64,000 nucleotides of DNA from the NCBI GenBank assembly GCA_025060395.1, contig JANXCC010000005.1:7745-71744 (forward strand), read 5' to 3'. The stretch comes from Candidatus Bipolaricaulota bacterium. GTDB lineage: Bacteria; Bipolaricaulota; Bipolaricaulia; RBG-16-55-9; DRXL01. The position numbers and the translations under genes are program-made. Positions 46,979 to 55,019 of this stretch are shown here, piece after piece. Under the pieces are notes generated by a model, which was given only the letters and a program-made list of their open reading frames with translations, searched no databases and had not been told where the DNA came from. The first letter of the stretch is position 1. The number at the start of each line of letters is the position of its first letter.

Positions 46979-48280
46979 ATGAGCTGGCAAGCAAAGTTTT
47001 ATATCTGGTTTATAGTATTCATCAGCGTAGTGCCCCTGGGACTTTACTTGCCTGAGCTTCATCTCTCACAGATATTGCTTATATTTATCGCTGCAAGTCT
47101 TGCTTTCCTAGCTGATATTTTTGAAGTTGAAGTTGGACTAAAACACAGGATTTCAACAAGTGAGGTTATCTATTGTGCTGCATTATTTGTCGCAGGGCCT
47201 TCAGCAATCGTTTGGAGCACCTTGCTTGGGACGCTTCCTGCGGAGGTTATCTTGCGTTGGCGATATTTGAAAGATGGATATGCTGCTTTTATCTCTCGTG
47301 TTGCGTTCAACACAAGCCAAATCCTGCTCAGTGGTTGGGCGGCCATCTCTATCTTCCAGCTACTCGGCGGTCACCCGCCCCCGTATACCTCGCCCGCTGA
47401 GCTGATACCCCCGGCTCTAGCTTACGTGGGCTACACAGCCACAAATACTATGCTCGTCTCCGGGATTCTTTCTTTGACTCAGCGCATCCAATTCACTAAG
47501 CTCGTGACTTTCAAGATGTGTACCCTGCCTTTCCAAGTCTTAGCCATCGGCGTCATCTCGATTTTAGCTGCTGTTGTTTACGCTCAGGCTCCGTGGCAAG
47601 CGCTCTTGGTGCTTATTCTTGCTGTGGGAGTGCACTTGACCCTACGCGGCTACTCCAAGCTCCGCCGAGAAACCCAACGCACCCTCGAAACTATCGTCCA
47701 CATGCTTCACGAACACGACCCCTACACCGCCGAACACTCTGAAAAGGTCGCTGACTTGGCTGAAAAGATCGCGCGCGCGATGGAACTTCCTGAAGACCAG
47801 ATCGAGATCATTCGCACGGCCGCGCGCGTCCACGATATCGGCAAGGTCGCCATCCCCGATTCGATTCTCAACAAGCGCGGCCCCCTTGATGACTCCGAAC
47901 GCCAGCTCATCGAGCAGCACACGATCGTCGGCTTCGATCTCTTAAAAAATTTGGAAATGTACAGCGAAGCTGCACAGCTTGTCAAATATGAGCACGAGCG
48001 CTGGGATGGCACCGGCTACCCCGACGGCCTCAAGGGTGAGCAGATCCCCCTCGGCGCTCGAATTATTCACGTCGCCGACGTCTATCACGCGCTCACCAGC
48101 GACCGGCCCTATCGCGAATCCCAGGGATTGCCAAGACGCTATGAGCCTGTCGAGGCCGTGCGCATCATTCAGAGCCAAAGCGGCCGTCAGTTCGACCCCA
48201 AGGTCGTCGAAGCGCTCGTGCGCGTCATCTCCGATGAATTGAAAGAGCCGCTATGGTTCTCCTCTGGGCGCTTCTCCTAG
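46979..48280 (+). CDS. polytopic-membrane HD-GYP domain protein (putative c-di-GMP phosphodiesterase)
   Basis: The N-terminal half has about 6-7 TM helices. The C-terminal half has HSEKV...VHDIGKVAIP...HERWDGTGYPDGL...ADVYHALTSDRPYR. The track ORF starts at 46967; that ATG overlaps a TATAAT box (46963-46968). Confidence 0.85.
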   Translation: MSWQAKFYIWFIVFISVVPLGLYLPELHLSQILLIFIAASLAFLADIFEVEVGLKHRISTSEVIYCAALFVAGPSAIVWSTLLGTLPAEVILRWRYLKDGYAAFISRVAFNTSQILLSGWAAISIFQLLGGHPPPYTSPAELIPPALAYVGYTATNTMLVSGILSLTQRIQFTKLVTFKMCTLPFQVLAIGVISILAAVVYAQAPWQALLVLILAVGVHLTLRGYSKLRRETQRTLETIVHMLHEHDPYTAEHSEKVADLAEKIARAMELPEDQIEIIRTAARVHDIGKVAIPDSILNKRGPLDDSERQLIEQHTIVGFDLLKNLEMYSEAAQLVKYEHERWDGTGYPDGLKGEQIPLGARIIHVADVYHALTSDRPYRESQGLPRRYEPVEAVRIIQSQSGRQFDPKVVEALVRVISDELKEPLWFSSGRFS

Positions 48281-48810
48281 GGCTAGTCATCGGGCTGATA
48301 CGCCATCGCGGTCTCGCGCATCTTGCGAAGCTGAAGCTGCGCGCCAGTGGGCTCGTGCTGCTCGCCGTGCTCATCCAAATCTTGATTCTGCCCTTGGGCC
48401 AAAACGCCACGCCCATCGTCACCTGGGGGATGGAGTATTGGCATATCGCTTCTTATATGCTCTTGTTGCTCTTTGCAGTGATCAACTATCGCGAGCGGGC
48501 GCTCTGGCCGATGGCTCTGGGGATGCTCTCGAATTTCATAGTCATTACGGTCAACGGTGGGCACATGCCGGCGTCTCTCGACGCGCTGCGCGCCGCCGGC
48601 AGAATCGCGACGGTCGAGAGATTACTCACGGACGGGGTTTCAGGCAACGTCATGCTCATGAGCGAGCAGACGAGGCTCAACTTCTTGGGGGATATCTTGT
48701 GGCTGCCAAGCTGGGTGCCGTTCGCCAATGCGTTCAGCATCGGAGATTTGTTGCTAGGCGCGGGCGTGATCTGGCTACTGGTGAAGAGGCCCTCATCCCC
48801 CACGAGCTAA
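48253..48810 (+). CDS. integral membrane protein, DUF5317-like (recalled from memory)
   Basis: About 5 TM helices, with VNGGHMP and FLGDILWLP motifs. It overlaps the HD-GYP gene 3' end by 28 nt. Confidence 0.6.
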   Translation: MVLLWALLLGLVIGLIRHRGLAHLAKLKLRASGLVLLAVLIQILILPLGQNATPIVTWGMEYWHIASYMLLLLFAVINYRERALWPMALGMLSNFIVITVNGGHMPASLDALRAAGRIATVERLLTDGVSGNVMLMSEQTRLNFLGDILWLPSWVPFANAFSIGDLLLGAGVIWLLVKRPSSPTS

Positions 48811-49409
48811 GAAGCCAGCTTATGGTCTGGGCAATCAACTCGCAGATCGCTCTTAGAAAGGGGCTTGTCCATCAGGGCGCAGTGATGGGGCGTTTGCGAA
48901 TTGCTGTGCACATGGGGGCGAAAGAAGCGACACGTCAAGCAGATCCTCGCCACGGTGATGATCCCAGAGCGATAGAGCGATTCGATGAGCTTGAGCAAGA
49001 ACGTGAGCGCTTGGGTTTTCTCTTCGGGGGAGAAGTGCTCTAGTTGCTGATAGAAAGTATCGGCCCAGCGGGAGAGCTTGGCGCTGGAGCGCCTGCCCTT
49101 GGCGGTGAGACGCAGCGTCTGGGCGCGACGGTCTTCGGGACAAGGCTTGCGGGTGAGCAAGCCCTTCGCTTCTAAAGAAGCGACCGCATCGCTCATCGTC
49201 GCGGGGGTCAGCCCGAACTCTTGAGCGAGCTGCCCCACGCGACACAGCCCTTCTGAGTGCGAATTGAGATAGAGCAGCGTTTGAATCTGAATAGGGCTGA
49301 GGCGGCTCTCTGTGGCTTCTTCCCACAGCAGCGTGCGCAGCACGTGAGCGAGCCGCTCCAGCGCGGAGACGAGCTTCTCATCCAGCTCAGAAATCCCCGT
49401 CTTTGGCAT
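48807..49409 (-). CDS. MarR-family transcriptional regulator with C-terminal Cys/His-rich extension
   Basis: Winged-helix core (LSPIQIQTLLYLNSH..CRVGQLAQEFGLTPATMSDAVASLEAKGLLTRKPCPEDRRAQTLRLTAKG). The tail is ICLTCRFFRPHVHSNSQTPHHCALMDKPL..LRVDCPDH. The ATG at 49409 overlaps the protoglobin 3' end by 23 nt. The track ORF extends to 49547. Confidence 0.8.
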   Translation of the reverse strand: MPKTGISELDEKLVSALERLAHVLRTLLWEEATESRLSPIQIQTLLYLNSHSEGLCRVGQLAQEFGLTPATMSDAVASLEAKGLLTRKPCPEDRRAQTLRLTAKGRRSSAKLSRWADTFYQQLEHFSPEEKTQALTFLLKLIESLYRSGIITVARICLTCRFFRPHVHSNSQTPHHCALMDKPLSKSDLRVDCPDHKLAS

Positions 49410-49962
49410 ACGGGTAACTCCACAGCGCGACCTGCAGCGTGACCGACTTGAACCACGCCTGGTACATTTTATCCACTTCGTCGGCGCTGTGCCCTTTTTT
49501 CGCCAAGAACGGCTTGATCGTTGCTGTGATGGGATAGATAAACGCAATCAGATAACGCAACGGGACGTGGGGCACCGACTTCACGTTGTCGGTCTTGTTC
49601 TTCTTGGTGCGATGGTGGCGCAGGCCGATCTCGTGCTGATAGTTGAGCCATGTCTGATCGTAGGGGCGATTGCAAGTGTCTAAGATCCATTGGCCGAAGC
49701 GCTTGCGGACAGCAGCTAAGTAATTCGCATCGGGTTTGCCGTCGGGACCGGAGAAATAATAAACCAAATGGGGATGCGATCCCACAAAGCCGTACCACAG
49801 ATCTAAGACCGCGTCTATCTGGTCTTTTAAGACTTCTCCGGCCATCTTGAGATACTTTTCGTCTTCGGCGCTGAAGAGCACGGCTTTTTTGAGTTCTTCG
49901 AGGTCTTTGAGGGTGACCGGCGACGGAGCGACGCTGCCGTAGGTATATCCAGGGATGTTCAT
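49387..49962 (-). CDS. protoglobin (single-domain haem globin of the archaeal Pgb type)
   Basis: IPGYTYG...WYGFVGSHPHLVYYF...YLAAVRKRF..WILDT...EIGLRHHRTKKN.TDNV.SVP...YLIAFIYPITATIKPFLAKKGH...MYQAWFK..TLQVALWSYPY..GDF is near-collinear with the Methanosarcina acetivorans protoglobin sequence as I recall it. A strong SD is present. Confidence 0.9.
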   Translation of the reverse strand: MNIPGYTYGSVAPSPVTLKDLEELKKAVLFSAEDEKYLKMAGEVLKDQIDAVLDLWYGFVGSHPHLVYYFSGPDGKPDANYLAAVRKRFGQWILDTCNRPYDQTWLNYQHEIGLRHHRTKKNKTDNVKSVPHVPLRYLIAFIYPITATIKPFLAKKGHSADEVDKMYQAWFKSVTLQVALWSYPYAKDGDF

Positions 49963-49990
49963 AACGAAACCTCCTTGGAATCTCTAATAG

Positions 49991-50032
49991 TTAGGATTCC
50001 TAATTATATAAGAGACACAGTTTCGCTGTCAA
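49991..50032 (-). promoter_or_regulatory. consensus promoter (TTGACA-18-TATAAT) with abutting perfect palindrome TTAGGAATCCTAA, upstream of protoglobin-marR
   Basis: On the minus strand, the -35 lies at 50032-50027 and the -10 at 50008-50003. The 13-bp palindrome at 50003-49991 covers the predicted transcription start, 29 nt upstream of the protoglobin ATG. Confidence 0.6.
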
Positions 50033-50142
50033 GAGGACTGACGCCTCCCCGGTGTGAGTCATCCGGCTACCGAATCATTCTGTTTCTAGCCGTGTCGGGC
50101 TGATCGGCCCGCCTACAGGTGTAAACCCGTGTCCGACGTTCT

Positions 50143-50331
50143 TCACGCGCACTTGACGTCTTCGATCGTCGCAGGGAACTTATAGCGTGGGGCCAGAAGA
50201 TAATTGACGGCCGCGATCAGATACCCAATGAGCGAGGTTGCTTGCGCCTCGTCAGCTCCTAGACCGCCTAGGGAGCAGCCCACTATGCCTAACAGCACAC
50301 CAACGCAGTGTAGCAAAAAAACCCCCGACAT
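50143..50331 (-). CDS. possible small two-TM protein (62 aa), hypothetical
   Basis: Track ORF MSGVFLLHCVGVLLGIVGCSLGGLG...SLIGYLIAAVNYLLA.. has two hydrophobic helices. It has no recognisable SD and lies in an otherwise empty 416-nt gap. Confidence 0.25.
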   Translation of the reverse strand: MSGVFLLHCVGVLLGIVGCSLGGLGADEAQATSLIGYLIAAVNYLLAPRYKFPATIEDVKCA

Positions 50332-50378
50332 AGCGAGCGTGCCGGAATCCCTAAAAGCGAGTAAAATAAAGCCCGGCC

Positions 50379-51137
50379 ATGAGTACAGCAGTCTTTCGGT
50401 TCTATGGCGAGCTCAACGACTTTCTCCCGCCTAGGCATCGACAGCGTGACATCGAGTACAGCTTTCAGAATACTCCTGCTATTAAGGACGCTATTGAAGC
50501 CCTCGGCGTACCTCATACAGAAGTCGATCTGATTATCGTCAATGGGCAGTCTGTAGGGTTTTCGTATCGCTTGCGCGACGGCGACCGGGTCGCGGTCTAC
50601 CCCGTCTTTGAGAGCCTAGACATCTCGCCCATCGTGCAGTTGCGGGAGAAGCCCCTCAGACGGATCGCGTTCATCGCCGACGTGCACCTGGGAAAGCTCG
50701 CGCGACTGTTGCGCTTATTAGGATTCGATACTCTGCATTCCAACGATTACAAAGACCACGAGCTTGTGGCCATCGCGGCATCGGAGGGACGAATCGTGCT
50801 CACTCGTGATCGTGACTTGCTCAAGCATAATGCCGTCACTCATGGCTATTGGCTCCGCTCGACAGATCCTGTTGAGCAAGCTCGCGAAGTCGTGCGGCGC
50901 TTCAATCTTGAGAACTGGATTGATCCGTTCCGACGCTGCTTGGTGTGTAACGGGCTGCTGAAGCCGGTTGAGAAGAAAGAAATCCTCGCGCAGATTCCTC
51001 CGCGGATCGCCGTCGAGCACGACGAGTTCTTTCGCTGCACAGATTGTCAAAAGCTCTATTGGCGCGGCACGCACTACCCCAAGCTCGAGAAGCACATCGC
51101 GGCTATCATGGGCAACATGGACAAGAAATTGCCGTGA
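50379..51137 (+). CDS. Mut7-C RNase domain protein with N-terminal ubiquitin-like (MoaD/ThiS-like) domain
   Basis: The N-terminus FRFYGELNDFL...GVPHTEVDLIIVNG resembles Ub-Mut7C. The C-terminal PIN-like Mut7-C segment (FIADVHLGKLARLLRLLGFD...VLTRD) is followed by a zinc ribbon (RCLVCNG...FFRCTDCQKLYWRGTHY). Confidence 0.85.
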   Translation: MSTAVFRFYGELNDFLPPRHRQRDIEYSFQNTPAIKDAIEALGVPHTEVDLIIVNGQSVGFSYRLRDGDRVAVYPVFESLDISPIVQLREKPLRRIAFIADVHLGKLARLLRLLGFDTLHSNDYKDHELVAIAASEGRIVLTRDRDLLKHNAVTHGYWLRSTDPVEQAREVVRRFNLENWIDPFRRCLVCNGLLKPVEKKEILAQIPPRIAVEHDEFFRCTDCQKLYWRGTHYPKLEKHIAAIMGNMDKKLP

Positions 51138-52043
51138 GTGTATAGAACTCCCATGCGCGAGCGCGACGTCATAAAATTTCTAGGCGAAAAGCTCCCCATC
51201 GGTGATGACTGCGCTATTCTCTCTTTAGGGAAAACGAATCTTTTGCTCACGACGGATATGCTCCATCGGCAGACGGATTTTCCCGAAGGAATGACGCCGT
51301 ACACGATGGGCTGGCGCGCTATAGCTGTCTCGCTCAGCGACATCGCAGCGATGGGGGGCAAGCCCTTAGGGGTCGTAATCGCGCTGGGAGCGCCAGAGTT
51401 CGACAAAGAATTCCTAGAAGAGCTCTTAGATGGGGCTCTAGCATGCTGCGATGCGTGCGAGACGAAATTGATCGGCGGGGACACAGATCGCCATAGCGAG
51501 CTGACCATAGTGACGACGGCTCTCGGCAGAGCCCAGAAGCCTGTCCTGCGCTCCGGCGCCCGCCCAGAAGAGCTCGTGTGCGTGACGGGCGACTTGGGGC
51601 GGACGGCTGCAGCTTTGGAGTTGCTGAAGGCAAAAGAATACGAGCAAGCCAATGAGCTGTTGCGATTTATGCCGAGATTGCGAGAAGGCCAAGCCCTCGC
51701 GCCGTTAGCGAGCAGCATGATAGACATCTCCGATGGACTCGCACGCTCGCTCTATCAGCTGGGAGAAGCAAGCAATGTGGGCTTTCACATTGATGCGACG
51801 GCGATCCCTTTCGCGCTCGAGGTCGAAGAATTGGCTCGCGATCAAGACGAGATCTTCGAGATGGGGCTCTTCTTTGGGGAAGACTTTGAATTGCTCTTCA
51901 CGCTTCCCCAAGAGAAGCTCTTTGAAGCGCGTCGAGCTTGTGAGTTCACGGTGATTGGGCGTGTGGTCTCCAAGAACGAGGGCATCACGATGCAGCTTGG
52001 CCTAGAGAGAGTCGTCCTGCCAGATCGAGGATATGAGCACTGA
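51138..52043 (+). CDS. thiL: thiamine-monophosphate kinase
   Basis: IGDDCAIL, TTDMLHRQTDF, AVSLSDIAAMGGKP and GGDT motifs. The start is GTG 51138 or ATG 51153. Confidence 0.9.
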   Translation: MYRTPMRERDVIKFLGEKLPIGDDCAILSLGKTNLLLTTDMLHRQTDFPEGMTPYTMGWRAIAVSLSDIAAMGGKPLGVVIALGAPEFDKEFLEELLDGALACCDACETKLIGGDTDRHSELTIVTTALGRAQKPVLRSGARPEELVCVTGDLGRTAAALELLKAKEYEQANELLRFMPRLREGQALAPLASSMIDISDGLARSLYQLGEASNVGFHIDATAIPFALEVEELARDQDEIFEMGLFFGEDFELLFTLPQEKLFEARRACEFTVIGRVVSKNEGITMQLGLERVVLPDRGYEH

Positions 52044-52088
52044 GAGAGGTGGTGCAACTGGGATGAGGGCCTTACAAGGGAGGCTGCT

Positions 52089-52766
52089 ATGAGAAATCTG
52101 ATCTGTCTTCTTGGAGTTACGCTCTGGGCAGCGGTAGCACTCGCGCAGGAGCCCTCGGCTCCGATCTTTGAGCCAGTCTCGGGGATGTTCTATCTGAACA
52201 TGAGCGACCTTAACGAGCTTTTGAAGAAGGGAGACTTCCCCGCAATCTCGTCGCCCATCACGATGATGGGCAGCTGGACGCGGGTGCGCGCAGTCGAATG
52301 GCTCCCGTTGGGTCTGACGCTTGCCGAAGGTTCTATCGGTGCAGAACGTGGCCCACGACGCGTGCACCTGACGCTCTTCTATTTCAGTGCGTTTCTCGAT
52401 AGACGATGGACGCTTTTGGAGCGAGTTCCTGCACTGCGCGGCTTTGTGAGCGGCGGCGTGGGGATTGGCACAGCGACGCTCTTGCTGGGCCAACACGCCC
52501 TGACCGAAGAGCACTTTGAGTCTGTGGTGCAGACAGCGCACGACACGCTCTTGCGCCGAATCTTTCTTTCTGTAATACCCCGCGTTGGGATCGAGTTCGT
52601 GCTGACAGACGTGATCACACTGCGGGCTTCTCTAGGATATATTTGGGCGCCATGGTCTGGGGCATGGGAGCATTTTGCTGAAAGAATCTCCGGGCCTCCG
52701 AAAGAGTTCAGTGGAGTTTTGGTGGAGCTCACGATCTCATACACATTGAGGCCAAGGCAAAAGTGA
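52089..52766 (+). CDS. secreted hypothetical protein
   Basis: Signal peptide MRNLICLLGVTLWAAVALAQE. I recognise no family. The C-terminal half shows alternating hydrophobic beta-strand-like patterns. Confidence 0.55.
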   Translation: MRNLICLLGVTLWAAVALAQEPSAPIFEPVSGMFYLNMSDLNELLKKGDFPAISSPITMMGSWTRVRAVEWLPLGLTLAEGSIGAERGPRRVHLTLFYFSAFLDRRWTLLERVPALRGFVSGGVGIGTATLLLGQHALTEEHFESVVQTAHDTLLRRIFLSVIPRVGIEFVLTDVITLRASLGYIWAPWSGAWEHFAERISGPPKEFSGVLVELTISYTLRPRQK

Positions 52767-53348
52767 CTACCGTCGTCCGATGAGCTGCATAAACTCAGCT
52801 CGCGTACGCGGGTCTCTTCTGAAGATCCCCTTGACGGCGCTGGTCATCAGCCAAGCGTCCTTTTGAAGTTCTCTCATGGCCATGCATAGGTGAAAGCCCT
52901 CAATCACAACGCCGACCCCCTTGGGCGCGAGCGTCTCCATCAAGAAGTCCGCGATCTCGTCGGTGAGATTCTCTTGGAGTTGCAGCTTCTTGGAAAAATG
53001 CTCGACGATCTGGGGGATCTTGCTCATCCCGATCACCCTTCCGTTGGGGATATAGCCGACGTGGGCTTTGCCAAAGAAGGGCAGGATATGGTGCTCACAG
53101 AGAGAATAGAACAGAATATCTTTGACGACGATCATCTGGTCGTACTCGACAGGAAAGATCGCCCCAGCGATCAGCTCTTTAGGATCTTGACGATACCCTT
53201 CTGTGAGCGACTTAAGCATCTCCATGAAGCGTCGCGGGGTCTCACGGAGGCCCTGGCGGTCGGGATCTTCGCCGATATGGACGAGCAATCGGCGCACAAG
53301 ATCTGCGATCTCATTGGGTCTTTTCACAAGGTCACCCCGAGATAGCAT
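52767..53348 (-). CDS. folE: GTP cyclohydrolase I
   Basis: IGEDPDRQGLRETPRR, SLCEHHILPFFGKAHVGYIP, GMSKIPQIV and LQENLT motifs. The ATG at 53348 gives 193 aa, similar to the Bacillus enzyme. The track ORF extends to 53465. Confidence 0.9.
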   Translation of the reverse strand: MLSRGDLVKRPNEIADLVRRLLVHIGEDPDRQGLRETPRRFMEMLKSLTEGYRQDPKELIAGAIFPVEYDQMIVVKDILFYSLCEHHILPFFGKAHVGYIPNGRVIGMSKIPQIVEHFSKKLQLQENLTDEIADFLMETLAPKGVGVVIEGFHLCMAMRELQKDAWLMTSAVKGIFRRDPRTRAEFMQLIGRR

Positions 53349-53445
53349 AACACAAGGCAAGCACGACGCGCAAATTGCTGAGTCCAACGGCATAATCCAA
53401 ATGATCGTCTGAAAATGCCCACTGAGTAAACAAAAGTGGGAGGTC

Positions 53446-53474
53446 TTGACTTGAGAGGGCTTCACCGCTACAAT
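53446..53474 (+). promoter_or_regulatory. near-consensus sigma-70 promoter (TTGACT-17-TACAAT)
   Basis: TTGACT at 53446-53451 and TACAAT at 53469-53474. It lies 175 nt upstream of the binding-protein ATG. Confidence 0.6.
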
Positions 53475-53488
53475 ACGCCTAACGCTCA

Positions 53489-53607
53489 GCCGTCGAGCGC
53501 CAAAATCTGGTGGGTAAGTTCGCCAAATTGTGTGACAGGAGGTGATTCACACCAGCATACATACAATGGGGGATTCCTGGAGTAAGACTGCTGGGGCGCT
53601 CGACGGC
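53489..53607 (+). promoter_or_regulatory. structured 5' leader (candidate riboswitch/attenuator of unknown class)
   Basis: A perfect 13-bp closing helix pairs GCCGTCGAGCGCC (53489-53501) with GGCGCTCGACGGC (53595-53607). Inside it, three helices compete for 53547-53557: CUGGUG/CACCAG, GUGUGA/UCACAC and CCAGCA/UGCUGG. Confidence 0.45.
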
Positions 53608-53648
53608 GTAGAACACCAAAAAGCTTTTAGGGAGGTGTCTTTCACCCT

Positions 53649-54947
53649 ATGAAACGCCGCACATTCTTGAAGGGGATAGGTCTTGCCGTTGGTGCAATGA
53701 CATTGAGCGGTGTCTTTCGCGGACCGATCTTCGCCCAGCCGCCCCCAGTCATGACGATCGGGACGCTGCTCGACTCAACGGGTCCACTGGCAGAGTTCGG
53801 TCCGGCAGAGCGCAAAGGCGCTGATCTTGCCGCAAGCCAGTTGAACGAAGCCGCACGAGCCGTGTTCGGCGGCCCCATCGTCAGGCTCGTCCATGAAGAC
53901 CCTGGCTTCCCCAACTTCGCTCTGGTTGTAGATCGCGCCAAGAAGCTCGTCACAGTCGACAAAGCCGTCGGCTTGGTAGGGGGGTTGGCTAGCAGCGCCT
54001 CCTTGGCTATCGCCCGAGAGGTCTCTAAGCCCTTCAAGGTCCCTCAAATCTCGCCGGCTTCGACCTCGCCCTTGCTAACCGTCGAGCCCGATGATGACTT
54101 TCTCTTCCGTTCGACGGCCTCGGATGCGCTGCAAGGGGTCGTGCTCGCGATGCTCGCCGCGGGTGAGATTAAGGAGGCGCCCGTCAAGTATAGAACGGCC
54201 GCTACGCTCTTTGTCAACAATCCCTATGGGCAGGGGCTGAGCGACCGCTTTGCCAAGTCGTTTGAGAAGCGCGGCGGGAGGGTCCTGGCCCAAGTGCCTC
54301 ACCCGGAGGATGTTCTGCCCAGCTACGCCGCGGAGCTGCGCCGGGCGCTCACGGGCAACCCCGATGTGCTGGTGGCGATCAGCTACCCCGGCCATGCCAA
54401 CGTCTATCTCAAGGAGGCTGTTGAGGTCTTCCGATACAAGAGCTTCTTGTTCGTGGACGGCACCCGGTCCGCGGACATGATCAAGGCGCTCGGCTTTGAC
54501 ATCTTACACGGCTTCTACGGGACGGTGGCCTCGGCAGATCCTCAGGATCCTAACGTCAAGAAGTTCGAGGAAGAGTTCAAGAAAGTTTATGGGGAGATCC
54601 CGCCGATCCCGTACATCGATACGACTTATGATGCCGTGGCTGCGCTAGGGCTCGCCATAGCGAAAGCGATTGCTGATGGCGTTCGCGACATCACCGGGGT
54701 TGTGGTGCGTGATAACTTGAGGCCCGTCTCCAACCCTCCCGGCACCGTTGTGGGGGTGGCGGGCTTTGTAGCGGCCTTGCAGGCCTTAAGAAACAAGCAA
54801 GATATCAATTACGAAGGCGCAGGCAGCGCTCTCGACTTCGATGCCGCTGGCGATGTGGTCTCGCCCATCGAGATCTGGCAGTACAACAAGGACGCTCCCG
54901 GCGGTATCAAGACGATCACGCTGGTCAAGCAGGTTCCACCAGAGTAA
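53649..54947 (+). CDS. Tat-signal branched-chain-amino-acid-type ABC substrate-binding protein (LivJ/K-like)
   Basis: MKRRTFLKGIGLAVGAMTL twin-arginine signal and a Peripla_BP_6-like pattern. The SD AGGGAGGTG is present. Confidence 0.9.
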   Translation: MKRRTFLKGIGLAVGAMTLSGVFRGPIFAQPPPVMTIGTLLDSTGPLAEFGPAERKGADLAASQLNEAARAVFGGPIVRLVHEDPGFPNFALVVDRAKKLVTVDKAVGLVGGLASSASLAIAREVSKPFKVPQISPASTSPLLTVEPDDDFLFRSTASDALQGVVLAMLAAGEIKEAPVKYRTAATLFVNNPYGQGLSDRFAKSFEKRGGRVLAQVPHPEDVLPSYAAELRRALTGNPDVLVAISYPGHANVYLKEAVEVFRYKSFLFVDGTRSADMIKALGFDILHGFYGTVASADPQDPNVKKFEEEFKKVYGEIPPIPYIDTTYDAVAALGLAIAKAIADGVRDITGVVVRDNLRPVSNPPGTVVGVAGFVAALQALRNKQDINYEGAGSALDFDAAGDVVSPIEIWQYNKDAPGGIKTITLVKQVPPE

Positions 54948-54984
54948 GCTCTTTTAAGAGAAGAGCTCCAGGAGCGGAGTTGGC

Positions 54985-55012
54985 GAGCGGGAGCCGACCA
55001 CGGCTCCCGCTC
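54985..55012. terminator. bidirectional hairpin terminator between convergent genes
   Basis: GAGCGGGAGCCG-ACCA-CGGCTCCCGCTC forms a 12-bp perfect stem. It lies between the SBP stop (54947) and the livM stop (55020). Confidence 0.6.
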
Positions 55013-55019
55013 ATGGCTT

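Noticed and set aside
53489-53607. Assigning the SBP leader to a known riboswitch class (ykkC/ppGpp, T-box, glycine, THF or ZTP), or to the folE gene on the other strand.
   Set aside because: None of the conserved cores I know is present (for example GGUCCGAGAG and ACGG..GGGA for ykkC, the T-box specifier and AGAGA/GNUGGNA elements, or the ZTP GGGUCG..CCGCCUGGGCA). The near-consensus promoter points toward the SBP gene, so I kept it only as an unclassified candidate.
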